A DNA stretch of 64,000 bases from Lama glama. Taxonomy: Eukaryota. The notes below the pieces were generated by a model. It searched no databases and was not told the origin of the DNA. It saw only the letters and a program-made list of their open reading frames with translations. A program made the translations under genes and the position numbers. The stretch covers positions 72,542,001 through 72,606,000 of the forward strand of contig CM052817.1 of NCBI GenBank assembly GCA_028534125.1, written 5' to 3'. This document shows positions 25,161 through 38,548 of the stretch, piece by piece (the first letter of the stretch is position 1; each line of letters starts with the position of its first letter).

Positions 25161-26894
25161 GGGCCACATAGTGTTTCTGAATCTTTCTACCATCAAGATG
25201 TGACCATTAGATTCTGTGAGCTCTCATCAACTTTGTGCCTTTTTTTTTTTTTTTTGCCATTTACACGTGAAAGCTTTTGAAAAATATTCTGGCACATATG
25301 GAAATTTCTGTTTGAGTCATGTTAAAATACACAGACAAATAACAGACACTAAAGGTTTTCCTGCCTAATCTCACAAATTACCCTTCATCTATAAGCACCC
25401 AGGAGGTGAGGATTGTCCTTAGCCAGTTGCATATAATTGTTATATCCATCTACTAGATGGTCGTCCATATTTATATTTCTTGTAGCTCCAAAGAAATTTT
25501 GTTTAATAATGCTATTATTGATATAAATAAACATCTGCCCTCCCAAAAGTCTTTTGTAAAATAGTTTTCCTTATTTTTCTTATGGTGTACTTATCTTTAG
25601 ATAAACATAAATCATGTTACTCAAGAAAAAGAAATGACTTAACAAGTTCTAAAGATATCATACTGTACTGTGGGAAGAAAAGTAAATACCATCCCTGCTA
25701 AAAAAGCAACAGAGCCTCATAAAGCTATCTGATAAATGATAAGAATTTGTAAAGGACATCAAAAGCAAGAAGCAATGTTTACAACAAATTTTGAAAATTC
25801 ATAAATAGACTTAAATTAATGTATGCTAGAATTCACTTGACATATTTAAAACGCTTTGTTATTTTTACAAACATAACCTAGGAAAATTTCCATATATTAA
25901 GCCCATATATTTAATGTCAGGTGAATAGCAACATCCACTGAAATATTTTCTCATCTCATACACAGTTATGTAAATAATATAAAACCATTATTTTCCTTTC
26001 TCTGTTGGTTTTTTTTTCATTTTTTTTCATTTTATCTTTCTTTTTTCTTTGTTGAAGTGAAGGATATTTCAAAGTCATTCAAAAGGTTGTACTGCTTTTA
26101 GGATTAATTGAATAATACAGTGCTGAAATTACAAATTGATTTTAAAGACCCTGCTAAAGTGTCTCACTGTATTTTAAATTATCACCAAAGCTTTAGGATG
26201 AGAGATTGAAAAGATGATAAAAGTAACCTACTTACCCAATAGTTTATTACTTTAAAAAAATTGCTAGTGTTCGATTTCAGGTGATGTTACATTTTATGAC
26301 TCCCCTGAAAGATTTAAGTTTTGACACACTAAGGAGGGCTGCTAAAGGTCAACACGGTAGTGCTACTGTTTTATATCAGTAACTATCAAACATATTTATT
26401 ATCAATACCTATGGTATTGATAATACCATATCTGTGCTTGGTCTCCTTGAAGTACTTTGAGTAGTTTGTATGGAACTATTAGCACTAGTAATAATTTTCA
26501 ACATAAATTGATAAAATAGGACCAGATTTGTGGATATCATGACCTCTGCAGCAGGAATAGCTCCTCTTATCTGAATGCCCCCCCTTTCCAATTTAATCTC
26601 TTAAAACAAAAATCTAAATGTCAGCATCTATCAGTGCTGTTTCTTCACCAGCTGTGAGCACTAACATATGTGAGGTGCTCTACTGAATATAATAATATCT
26701 CCTCACTGTGTTCTCAGTCTCCATTACATACCATCCAGCTGGATATCTGTTCACACAGTTACTCACATTCATTATTTTTAGAGACAAGAAAGAGAAGCCA
26801 GAATTATTACCTAGTATCGGCAAAAATAATGATACCTTTAAACTACTTGTATGTAAAAATCACAGTTATATATATAAGATAATATACTTGTATT

Positions 26895-26970
26895 ATTTCA
26901 TTCTCTAAACCATCCTGTGAATTAGACACCATTATATCCATTTTTAAAATGAGACAATAGTGGCCAAAAT
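26895..26970 (-). mobile_element. MIR fragment
   Basis: accatcctgtgaattagacaccattatatccatttttaaaatgagacaa. Confidence 0.45.
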
Positions 26971-28257
26971 TCCCTCCCCCAAATCAAACACCTGAAAATT
27001 CTAAAGCCGACCCTGACCCTGGCTTTGTGATTCCATATATTTTCACCACATAACACCGAGGTTCAGCCCAAAGTGAATTTATCACATGGATCAGGAGAAT
27101 CAGAAAGTGCCTACGAAAAATTTGAAACTTAGCCATTTGAGGGATTCACATGATAATAACATTCCAACTGCCTCAATAGGAGTACTAAAATTTCTCTGTA
27201 AGTTTGCAAAAGGATGAATTGGAAAAGAATTTAGGAGAACTAGGAGGGTTTTAAAAGGAATCACAAAAGTTTTATGAAATGATCTTTCTATTGTTTTAAA
27301 CTCAAAACACTGCCCCCACCCGAACTGGTCCTTGAGAATTTGCATTCTGAAGGACTCATCCACTTACAGATATCTTCATGTAATACAAATAGAGCTCAGA
27401 TCCTCTGATGAAAATTAATCTCACAGGCTAGGGCTGTGGCTTCCAGAGGTAAGAGGAAAATTTTCATTTACGTAGAAGTGGCTTTCTCCCTGCACGTATC
27501 ACACTGCTTCCCCAACACGAACCGTGCCCAAGTTATGTTGTACTAACTCCTACTGCTTTTTAATGACATCCCTTGGAAAAACTCAGGTGTATGCAGGGAG
27601 CAAATATCTTATTTAGAAAAGATGTACTGAAAGCAGAACCAGTTACTGTATCTTAGTAAATGGGGAGAGCTTTCTCACTTTATCACATTCTCCATTCTTA
27701 ATGTATATTTTTTCACTTTATATATTTTGCCTGCATTTTATTGTATCTCAGAGAGGAAGCAGAATTATAATGTTAAAACAGCTTCTGCCACATAAACTGC
27801 TGCAGAGTTAAAGATACATAATATTAAATATAAGAGAAAGTTAATTCACAAAAATGCCTTCTCATTTCAATTAGTATTTTTTACTGGGAACAGCCCTGTA
27901 AGTAACACAGGAAAACAGAAGAATGTGTGGTTAAATCTGCTTCAGTAAAATCTTTGATGATAACTAAACATCATTCCATGTGACTAAGCAGACTGATAGT
28001 CTGGAGTTTGTAAACAGAAGATAAAACTCAAAAACATATCTCTGAGTCAGAATCTTATTCAGGAAGTATTAATGCAGCATAAAGATTTAAAGATAAGATG
28101 CAAGAAGATCTCTTTTTCTTGTAAGAGATTAATTTAGTAATTTCAAGAATACGCTGGACTTAAAAAGTGTTAAAGTGCTGAAGCTGAAAGAACTGAGCTT
28201 TGGTCTGCCAGATATGTTATAAAAGTTTGGCTTTTGCTGATAAAGGAAGAATATTTG

Positions 28258-28350
28258 CATATACATATATATATATGAAAATATATACACAAATATGTAC
28301 ATATGTGATATATACCTATGTATGTATTTTATATATCCATACACATATGA
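28258..28350. repeat. Degenerate (TA)/(CATA) low-complexity tract
   Basis: atacatatatatatatgaaaatatatacacaaatatgtacatatgtgatatatacc. Confidence 0.8.
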
Positions 28351-29828
28351 ATATCAAGATATAATAGTGTTTGTTTCAAATTAAAGAACCAGTATTAGCT
28401 GCATATTTCATACATATAAAACTATTTTAGAATAATGTATACTATTCTGATATTTATATATGTATACATATTTGTATATGCAATTACAGATGTATTCAGC
28501 TATAGATATAGATATAGAGGATGATGTATGTACCATACCTCTTTATGCAACTTGGGTACTTCTGTATATGACAACTCCTTGTGACATACACATTTTATCA
28601 GCACTTGGCATCCTCAGAAAGAATGATGTCATTTGGAGATTCTTAACTCTCATTTTCTCCTATGTGGATATGGTTTACCATATCACTATGAATTGGGATT
28701 TTAAGTCTCTATCACAGTTATATAATTTATCTGGGAAAAAATTCTTTCACAGAAGTGGCTAATCTATTAAAATTGTGAGAATGAATATATTTTAAGAATA
28801 TTCACCACAGCAATGACTGAACTGGGTGTAAATTTGGACAACAGAGGTAAGATGCCTACTGAGCTCTTCTAAATTTCCTTGTGCCTTAAACCCTTTTGGT
28901 TTTACATGGGCATCAGGCTAGCCACTGTAAAGTGTGATTTCATTTATAGTCATATCACAGAATAAGATTACTTTCGTTGACTGTGAGATTAAAGACTTCC
29001 CCATAAATGTGTATTTTATAGCTACTGTTAGGTGTAAGCAATCATAGCTTAAAACTGGAAGCAAACACACAGAAATCATCCAGTTGATTCAGGCTAGAGG
29101 CTCTTAGGCAAGTCACTCTTCATTTGCCCAAGTCAAGATAAGCAGTGTTAACACTCTCATTATTCATCAATAAAACAAGAAGGATGAAAAGAATGGGAGG
29201 GCACTGAATGTGATAAATGCCAAATAAAATGTTTGGAAAAAGTGAACGTAGCAGTCAGATGGAGATTAAAATACAACGTATTCTTGGGTCACTCAGTTAA
29301 AAGGCTGAGTACATTCATCAGAGAATTCTAGGGTGTTTGGTGAACATGTTAATTATAGACATAAGGGAATCCTGACACAGGTAATATAAACACCCAGCCC
29401 TTATCATATATCATCACCAAGTATTATAAACTATCCCCAGGAAAACCATGTTTTTTTCAGCATAAAAAATGTGCGAAATTTGGGGTCATGGTACCAGCCT
29501 AAGGTAGAGAATTTTTAACCTCGTTGTACTCCTGTCAAGCATAGCTTGCAATAAACATTGAAATGAAAAGTTCAATCAAGAAAATATATTTTTATTCATA
29601 TGCTGCACTATCTAAGAAAAATAATACAGCTGGTACTTCCAATAAATAAAGAAGTAGAACATTATACCAAAAATGCAATATTAGTTCTTTCGGAATTTAG
29701 CTAAGAAAATATGCAGCATTGTTTTAGGCAAAGAAAAATCTGAACACAGTGGGACTTGCAACATAAAACACAATCAACTTAGTGAACATTAATATGATAA
29801 TATAATGGCTTCAATACCACAGACTCAC

Positions 29829-29893
29829 CTACATGCAGGCCATCCACCAACATTTTTGCTTTCCCACTGCAAAATACCCCAATCTCAGTAGAA
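29829..29893 (-). other. Candidate internal exon (65 nt) of an unidentified minus-strand transcript
   Basis: Minus strand reads ttatttgttttgttttgttttctgttctcttttcag | 65 nt | gtgagt, a very strong acceptor and a consensus AG/GTGAGT donor. Confidence 0.4.
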
Positions 29894-30281
29894 CTGAAAA
29901 GAGAACAGAAAACAAAACAAAACAAATAAGCATAGGGTTCCTTTTTAGCACACTTAATAAAGTAAGCAGGAGGATGTTACTAAAACTTTGTTACAGCAGC
30001 ACAGCACAACCATTAACTACTGGAAGATAGTAACAACCAACAGATCATCTCGATATGTTGCAAACTGCAGGTGTCGTGCAGACCATGATAAAACAAACCA
30101 GAACTCACACATAAGTAAGACTCATAAAGAATGGCCAATCAGCTCACAAATGACACATGAAATTCGGATTTAAAAATAACCTCAGCCATTAAGTCTGATT
30201 TTACACTTTTTATCCACCAATGGGGAATCGAGCTTTTCATTTTAGATACAAGACCTACATCTTTAAAATGGTAGCATGGTG

Positions 30282-32274
30282 TAGAGGCAGATTTGCTGCA
30301 AAGTTATTGGAACTTCAGTGTCCTTCACTTTTACCAGCCCCTTCCAGTACCCTGCAGCTCATGTCATTTTGTGACATACTCTAAAGTTAATATAGTTTAT
30401 ATTCCAAAGTTAGTTTCTAAAGTTAAATAGTTTAGATGAATTTTGTTGAGAAATCTGGTTTCTTCTACTCCAGCTTTCCCTCCATTTCTATGCCCTCATT
30501 TTGGGTGACAAGACAGTAGTAGCCAAGGACACTTTTGAGATCCAGCTAAAGAGAAATTATTAGGAGAAACATTTTGTCTAGATTTACTGGAGTATAGTTT
30601 AGGGATTTGCCATGATTTCTGTGTATGTTAAGTTACAGCTAGCCAGAGAATGGCTCCCACAGTCCTCCTGCCAACCACTGACAGAGCCAGGGGCACTTCC
30701 ATGACATGAACACATCTTTGGAGGCCTAGGACTGGAAGTATGTGGACAGCAGAACAAGAAAGAAATAAAGAGAGAAAGACAGAGAGAGAAAGAAAGAGAG
30801 AGAGGGGGAGGGAGGGAAGAAATGAAGGCAGAAACTAGCCTTTGGATAGTTTTCCAATCACCAAACATGTAAAGTTATAATGGAAGGATTTGTTTCCTAT
30901 CAATGCCTAGACAAAATTCAAGTTCTCTCTTATCAGGAAGGGGATACACTCAATAATGCAGCATATCAACCATAAATGCACCACATACTTTCTTTATGGA
31001 AATTACATTAGAATTTTATCAGCAACCCTGTTTATAGAATACAAGCCCAGCAGTACTGGTTCAGCTATACCTTTGTGAGAGAAATCACCCGCTTTCTGCA
31101 TGCCAACATACTGGATCATGTGTAAGTATATCTGTCTCACTGTGGCCTGATGAAGCCTGAAGTCTCCAGATGAAAAAGCGTACAAAATTGCCTCAGACAT
31201 AGCAAGGTGATGTGGAAATACAAGTATTCAATGACAAAATTCCTCACATAGTAAATGATCAAGCCATGCATGTAGTATCAGAGTGCTTGGGTATGTTATT
31301 ACCTAGCTCAAGATTCCTGAAAGGACACAAATGAAGGATAATTTTTTAGCCATCTTTATTTTTATTTATGAAAATAGCTAAGAAAATTCTGATTAAAAGT
31401 TAGTAGAATATGGAACAAAATGATAAAATGAGCAAGAAAAGCGATAGAATTTATTCCAACATTGAGAAGTAAATTATGGCAAATAATTAGAATCATGCTA
31501 AAAGCAGTGATTCATTAAAAGGAAGAGACAAATTTTGAAAAGAAGTAACGAATATACTTAAATTATTTGAAAATTCAATTGATGAAGAAGAGTAAATCTT
31601 ATAAATACATAGGTAAAGACAATTTTGGCTGATTTGACACAAAATATTGACATGAAAAAAACCACACAGAGCTCACAATAAGTCTTTATAATATGGACAT
31701 AGTAAAGAAAAAACTGGATAATTCAAGAGTATTTACGATTACTTAGTGCATAAGTAACCTTGAAATGCCATGAAATCTTATAGCCCATACATGAAAGAAA
31801 GTTGATAGTTTTCCCAAATTTGAAAATAAACCTAAAATTTACTTGACATTACTTGTGAAGCTGAAAGTTTTCAGATCCATTAATTAAAATCTTAAAAAAA
31901 GGAATTTCTGTCATCTATTCTAGAAGATAAAATCACTGCTCTACATAAAGAAATTACAAAATCTTTGTCATACAAAGAGGTCATTAAAAGATTATACAAG
32001 ATATATCCTACAAAAAAGTTCAGGATAAAAAGTATTACAGACATTGGTCAGGCAGTCAATTAATAAAAATACTACACTCTATATGGATTTTGAAATGTTT
32101 GTTGTATTTGTTAGCTTTTTAAAACATTGTACTTTCTTGTTATATCTTTCCTTATTCTAAATAATGACTTCTGAATCTAATTTTGTGCTTTTAATGCTGT
32201 ATTATTTTTCATAATTAAGGTTTCATGTCATAAAAACTAGATTCACACCCACAGCACCCCTGAATTTGACATTG
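30282..32274 (+). mobile_element. Zaphod/MER115 (hAT-Tip100) internally deleted DNA transposon
   Basis: The 5' ~900 bp is collinear with MER115/Zaphod as I recall it (ccagccccttcc, ttttgagatccagctaa, ctggaagtatgtgg, ataatgcagcatat...aaatgcacca). The 3' part carries a frameshifted hAT dimerisation-domain remnant (VFPNL..LK/IYLTL/TCEAESF) at ~31808-31874. Confidence 0.8.
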
Positions 32275-32450
32275 TAAGAACTGGGTTCAATTCTCAATTC
32301 AGCAGTTTCCAGAAGAGGTTATACTAAGCTATTACTTAGGATAATGAGAATACCTCTGTCACAGATTGTTATAAAAATTAAGTGAAATATACATATTGTA
32401 GTGTACTGTAATGTGTAAAATTCTATAATATAAAGATGTTACTTTTACTA
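32275..32450 (+). mobile_element. MIR (remainder after Zaphod insertion)
   Basis: aactgggttcaattctcaattc...ggataatgagaatacctctgtcacagattgttataaaaattaagtgaaata. Confidence 0.6.
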
Positions 32451-33319
32451 TCATACAATTGAATTCCCTTTTAAAATGATGATTGTTCTTGTTTTCACGG
32501 GACATGAAACTGCATCTATAGTAAGGGACAATCAAGAAAAATTGACCTAAACCACATGATTTAACTTAAGTATATGGAAGAACTCTCCCAACAGTGGAAA
32601 ATTTTAAATGTAGCCATGAACTACTATGGGAAATTATCAGGCTTTTATATAATCTCCTGAAATTAAACCTCTCTGAAGGCTCCAAGTAAATGTTTAGTTC
32701 AAATTCTTTATGATATAAATGAGTCTGAAATTTCACCAAAAAAGGGTAATGGCTTATTTTAAGGACATTCATGTATTTTTTCTTGCTATAAATTAATGCA
32801 AGGCCTTTTTGGGAAATTATGAAACAAAGGAAGATAAAATCACTATCATCTATAAGCTGATGATTTTAACTCCTCTAATGAGAAGATATATACACATTAA
32901 TAACTATTGAAATGAAAGTCAAAAATCAACTTATGATCTCACCATGCAAAATAACCAGTTCTACAAACTCCCTCATTACAGTCAGTACCCCCTCTAGTAT
33001 CTGGATCTATTTCTCATGTGTCACCCACCTCATGTCTCATTATTGTCCAGTTCTACTCCTTTATCCTAGTCTCTTCATCTGTGTTCTATCATCTTTTTTT
33101 TTTTTTTTGCCTTTAGGTCATTTGTTATGAAATTCTCACCTTGTGTGTATTTCCTAAGGTGTGGAAGATTCAACAGCCTCCACTAATACATGAAAATACA
33201 ATTTTATATTTATACCTGTTGTCACATAACTTGGTAATTATTCTATATCATCTTATGTATGCATATTCATTTGCCCACTAGCCCGTAAAATTATGTCAGA
33301 TAAAGAGTGGATTAAAAAA

Positions 33320-33875
33320 GTATCAGATTCAACTACAACTAATACTAAAACCTAACTTCACAGTGGCCATAACAAGAAACTTTTTATTCACATATATGAA
33401 TTCTGGGGGTCAGGGGACCAGTATAACGAATCTGTTCCACCAAGTCCTCAAGGTCCCAGGTCCTAAAGCTACTACTTTACTCAACTCTAGGCGACACTAC
33501 TGATAAAGGCTACACTGTGAACTGGTGCCTTCAGTGCAGCTCTCTGGGGTTTCTCCAACCACTGCTCTAACACTCTGAAAGGTGGCCTCATGCTTATGGT
33601 CCAAGATGGCCTATACCCATGCTTCCAGCATCAAAATGAGAGAAAAGAAAAGAAGAGGACAAAGACTATGCTCATCTCTCAAAAAATTTTCCCAGAAGCT
33701 GCCATAGAACATGTCCGCCTTTGACCCAATGGCTAGAGCGTATGACCTCCATGTGCTCACACTCATCTGGAAGAGGAGCTGAGAACTGCATTCTGTGCCT
33801 GGCAAGACCTGCATCACTACATGGGGAGACAAATGGGTGCAAATAAGAAGATGAAAGCGAAGTGAAACTGCCATT
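33320..33875 (-). mobile_element. MLT1 (J-like) LTR
   Basis: cacagtggccataacaaga...tcctcaaggtcccagg...atggtccaagatggc...ttcccagaagctgcc...caatggctagagc...ggaagaggagctgagaactgca. Confidence 0.7.
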
Positions 33876-35930
33876 AAGTGAAAGAAAAGAAAGGAAAAGA
33901 GATTTTTAGACTGGGAAAGTTTGGCCCTATTTTTCTTAGACTATACATTTAATATATAGGCTCACTGGAAATTAACTTTTTTGTGAAATACACAAGTGCA
34001 CAATTAATCAGAAAACATATACTTCTGTATCACTTCATAAGAAAAAAATTTCTAAGACAATCCTAATTTTTCAGTAACATAAAGGTGCATTTGCAAAGTA
34101 GATGATGATGATTCTGAGGGAGAATCCACATGTTTTTCATGTCCAATATGTCAGTTATACTCTATTGTGGCATAGATGCTCAATACATGACAGGCACTAC
34201 TTGAAAATCAAGGACTCTTGAATGTATCATAATTAAACATGTGTATTTCTACAGTATGTCAACTATGCAAACGTCTTCTGGAAGGTGGTGGTGAGAAGAG
34301 GAGGAGGGGCGGGTAAAGGGTGAAAGGATGAGACCTCATGAATAATCTCCATTGAAAGAGAGGATCCATTTTGAAAAGTGCTGGAGTGTCTCAGACTTTA
34401 CCTTTTATAGCTGGTATGCAAAATCCTCTCTTAATTTTCTTCACTAGAACTGGCATAAACATTCCCTTACTGAAATGACATACCCAAGAGGACATAAAAC
34501 AAGATGTGTCCTGAGATGTTTTGAAGTTAACCTTGAACTAGAGTATCTAATGGTCTATGCAAGTTTACATACGTCAGGGGAAAAAGGAAGGAAAGAACAG
34601 GAATACAATTTTCTTTGACTTTGAAGAACAAAGCATTCTTTTCTTTCCACTTTGCCTCTCTCTCTTCTGAGAAAGAGGTTAAATCTAAAACTAGAGTTGG
34701 AAAGGAATTTCAGTGACCCTTTGCCAGCAAGTGGCCCCACGTGCACCTGTGAGACACCTTTACTGAGGTTGCAGACACAAGCGGGACATGTTCATTGCAG
34801 CTTAGAACAGATGGAACCAGTACAAGCAAAAAGTAATTTCTTATATAAGCTCAATGAATCTAAACCTGTCTGATGTTGTCCAAGGATCATTTAAAATAGA
34901 TTCAGATAGTTCCAAACCACAGTATTTGGGCTTTAGTAAGATCTTGTCTGGTAATGATTTAAATTTGATAACAAGCCAGATTTCCAATTTTTTTATCCCT
35001 CTTTCCCCAAATTGATGTAGAGAGCTATGAATTTATCATGCACCAAAATCATTTAATATTGGTGTCCTACCATTTTACAGATAGATCATATTTTCAAGAA
35101 AAAGAAAAACTAATTTCATGTTCATATTTTCCATTTGTAGAACCCGTAACAAATATTTCACTTTCTGATGGTTAACTTTCTACAAGCTTGTTTCAGTTAG
35201 CAGAAAGAAATGTGACTCTATCCGTGGCTCACAAAACCCCCATGCGTGGGACAACACAATTTTGAGAACAGACAGATGGAAAGAGTTTATTTTCAGTGTG
35301 AAAAGCTATAATTTATTCCTTGGTAAACAAATAAAGACCATTCACATTTGAATTTGCCCAGAAACAAATGTGAAGGGTCTTCTGTAGTATACAATGGTAG
35401 CTTAGGCATCCTTTTATGTAAACAAGACTTGAGCCACCATTGGCATTGGAATTTGGTGAATAATAAACAGTGGAAGGGCCTGATCCCTACTATTAGCCAT
35501 TGGGAGCCTACAGCAAACTAGTAAATGTACTAGAGCCATGTGCCTGGTTCTGATAAAACAGTTAATATGACATTCACATTGACAGAAATAGAGGATGACA
35601 GACTTTGTACCCTCAATGCCATTATGCTTTGTGAAAAGAGATGATGAGATTGGTAAATACAAGTCTTCCCAACTTTATTATGAAGAATTCTACTTCTCCA
35701 ATCCTTGTATCAATTTTTCACATGATATGGTCTCAAATCTCCCCAACTTCCTGGTCATTTCTGAATAAGTGGCAACCTATGTCTCCCAAAGTATAATGTC
35801 ACAAATTGAGCATCATGAGTTGAGCATGATCTGATCACTGAATAATAGTAGATCTAATACTAGCCTTTATCTGGAGTTTATTTTTTATCAGTACAGGTAT
35901 CATGGTAACTATCTGTAGAACACTAACAGC

Positions 35931-35959
<29 letters not shown>
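35931..35959 (+). repeat. (AAT)n microsatellite
   Basis: About 9-10 perfect AAT units. Confidence 0.95.
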
Positions 35960-35961
<2 letters not shown>

Positions 35962-36013
35962 TAACAACAACAGTAATAAACAAAAGGGAGAAAAACACAC
36001 AATCATGTGAACC

Positions 36014-36130
36014 CATCAGACCATGAGCTCCACCTGAGATAGGAATGAAGTCTGATTCTAGTACTTTCCCAGCACCTACATTCTGACTGGGAGTTAGTCA
36101 GAGATTAATAAATGTTTGCTGATTGAATTA
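36014..36130 (+). mobile_element. L2 3' end
   Basis: agaccatgagctcc...ttcccagcacct...taataaatgtttgctgattgaa. Confidence 0.6.
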
Positions 36131-36954
36131 TGCTAGTAGGACCATGGATTTGGACCAAACTCATTCCTAGAATTATCCAGATAAAATCAAAATAAAATCA
36201 GAATTAGTGGTGATCTGTGGAGAAACAGGCTAAGACAGTGGTAAGCTGAAGGCTGAGAAATTATTCAAAACACCTGTGCACAAGTTTGTATCTCTTCTCA
36301 AGTGAGCATGTGTTTGTGCTGACACTGAGCCTGATGCAACAGCCAGGAAAATCCAATGACTGTAACATTCCTTGAAATAAACATACCTGGTTTGTGCATG
36401 TAAGGTTCTCCAAACAGTGAGTATGAAGGAATAAAAAGTTGGCACCTCAGATCTGGCAGTTACAACTCACAGCCACTGGTCTGTGAATTGAGGGAAGCTC
36501 AAATGTGCTTTGTCCCACAGGTTCCTGCTCTGTGTGAATTTATTAATACTGGTAAGAATTACATCTTTATCTAATTAAGTTTCGAACTTCATTTACCCTT
36601 ATACTTTGGTGTGTGGGTGTTTGTATATGGTTTCTAATCACCTGAAACTCAACAAAATTCTTGTGGCTATAAATTTAAAAACCAACCATATTAATAGGCA
36701 TCAACATCCCCTGTAAATAAGTATATAATATTTTGCCTCCAAAAACATTAAATGAGATATAGATGGGAAAAATGCTTAACTGTAAATAATAAAAAATAAA
36801 ATACAATTATCTGAGGCAAGAATAAGGAAATCAGGATTGTAGTTGAAAAAAATGCCATAAAAGACCAAAAAGTCTTTTGGTATACATAAGGACAAAATTA
36901 TAACAATGATCAATAACCACAGATGACTGACTGACAGATGATAGACATGATAAA

Positions 36955-38360
36955 TATATATATCATATCTTCTCTATTCATCTGTCAATGGATACTTAGT
37001 TTACGTCCATATCTTGGCTATTGCAAATGAGGCTGTAATGAACATAGGTGTGCATATACATTTTCAAATTAGTGGTTTTGCCCTTCTCTCTCTCTCTTCC
37101 CCTTGTGGAATCCTTATAATGAAAATATTAGTATGCTTGATGTTGTCTTAGAGGTTCCTTAAACTACCCCATTTTTAATTTTTTTTCTTTTTGTTGTTCT
37201 GAGTGACATTAACTATTCTGTTTTCTAGATTGCTAAGGGATTCTTCTGTATCATCTAATCTGCTGCTGATTCCATCTAATGTATTTTTCATTTCAGTGAC
37301 TATATTCTTCAGCTTTGATTGGTTTTTATATTTTCCAACTTGTTGAAGTTCTCACTGTGTTCTTCTATTCTTCTCACAAGTTTGGTGAGCATTTTTATGA
37401 CCATTGCTTTGAACTCTTTACCAGGTAAACTACTTATCTTCAATAGGTTTTTGTTTATTTTTTAACTTAAGTCCTATATTGTTTTCTTTTGGAATATATT
37501 TCTCTGTCTCCTCATTTTGTTCGACTTTCTGTTTGTCCCTATGAATTAGGCAAAACAGTTACTTCTCCCAGTCTTGAAGGTGTGTCCTTGTGTAGGAGTA
37601 TACCTATGCAAACTGCATGTGCCTGCTGGCTTTGGTGGGAGGGCTGGAGCTGAAGCAATCACGGGCTGGGGCTTTTTCCAGGGTGTGCCAGGACCAGCAC
37701 ATTGGCGAGGTGAGCTGAATACAGAGCCCAGCATGCACCATGGGCTGCCACCTTGGTGGGGGTTGGAGGAGCTGGAGCCTGGGGTGGGCTGAGGCTTCTC
37801 CAGGGGCATGCCAGAAGCTACCACTTTGGCAGGGAGGTTGGGGGAAGCAACTGAAGCCAGAGCCCTTCCCTGGCCAGGGTTTCTCTCAAGGCAGGCCAAG
37901 GATTACCACTTTGGCAAGGTGGTTGGAGCCAGAGCTGGATGTGGGTTGGGGGGCATTCTGAGGTGACTTTAGCAGGCCATCTAGAGCTCCAAGTACTCCC
38001 TTTGCACTAGGACTTGGAATAAGTAAACTTATGAGCACAAGAATTTAAAAGCAGAGTCTTGATTACCTATAGCCCTCTAGCTCCCCACGTCATAATAAGC
38101 CCTGCTAATTTTCAAAACCAGGAAAGGAGGCTCCACTTCTCAGTGCTGGTTCCCAGGTCTGGGTAGGTCCTGACTAGATCACTTGTCTTCCCCTTTAACC
38201 ATCTCAATGTTTTTTCTTTATATCCTTAATTGTAAAAGAGTTGTTCTGCTAGTTCTCAGGTTGTTCTTAGAGAGAGTTCTTCTATATGTAGTTGTAGTTT
38301 TGGTGTGTCCATGAGAAGAGGCTCAGGGTCTTCCTACTCTGCCATTTTGATTCCACCTCT
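36955..38360 (-). mobile_element. L1 (L1MA/L1M-type): 5'UTR + partial ORF1 joined to the end of ORF2
   Basis: 38360-37550 is a GC-rich 5'UTR whose plus-strand text ends ttcctactctgccattttg. 37550-37090 is antisense ORF1. 37085-36955 is the antisense ORF2 C-terminus (ccatatcttggctattgcaaatgaggctgtaatgaacatagg). Confidence 0.85.
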
Positions 38361-38511
38361 TCCAGAACACACATTCTTTGAAGCACATATGAGTTATTTC
38401 AGAAATTGATCATCAGCCAAAAAAAGAAGCCTCAGTTAACTCTAAATATCAATATCAAAATCACACTGATAATACTAGCGCTTTGCAGTCTTTTATAAGA
38501 GAAGCCATTGA

Positions 38512-38516
38512 TTTTG

Positions 38517-38546
<30 letters not shown>
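38512..38546 (+). repeat. (TTTTG)n microsatellite inside an L2-like fragment
   Basis: ttttgttttgttttgttttgttttgttttg. Confidence 0.95.

Positions 38547-38548
<2 letters not shown>

Noticed and set aside
26409..26600. Minus-strand exon/ORF candidate (ttttgttttaag acceptor)
   Set aside because: Weak donor, and no frame gives a recognisable peptide
37546..37961. Three overlapping Pro/Gly-rich ORFs
   Set aside because: Inside the GC-rich L1 5'UTR
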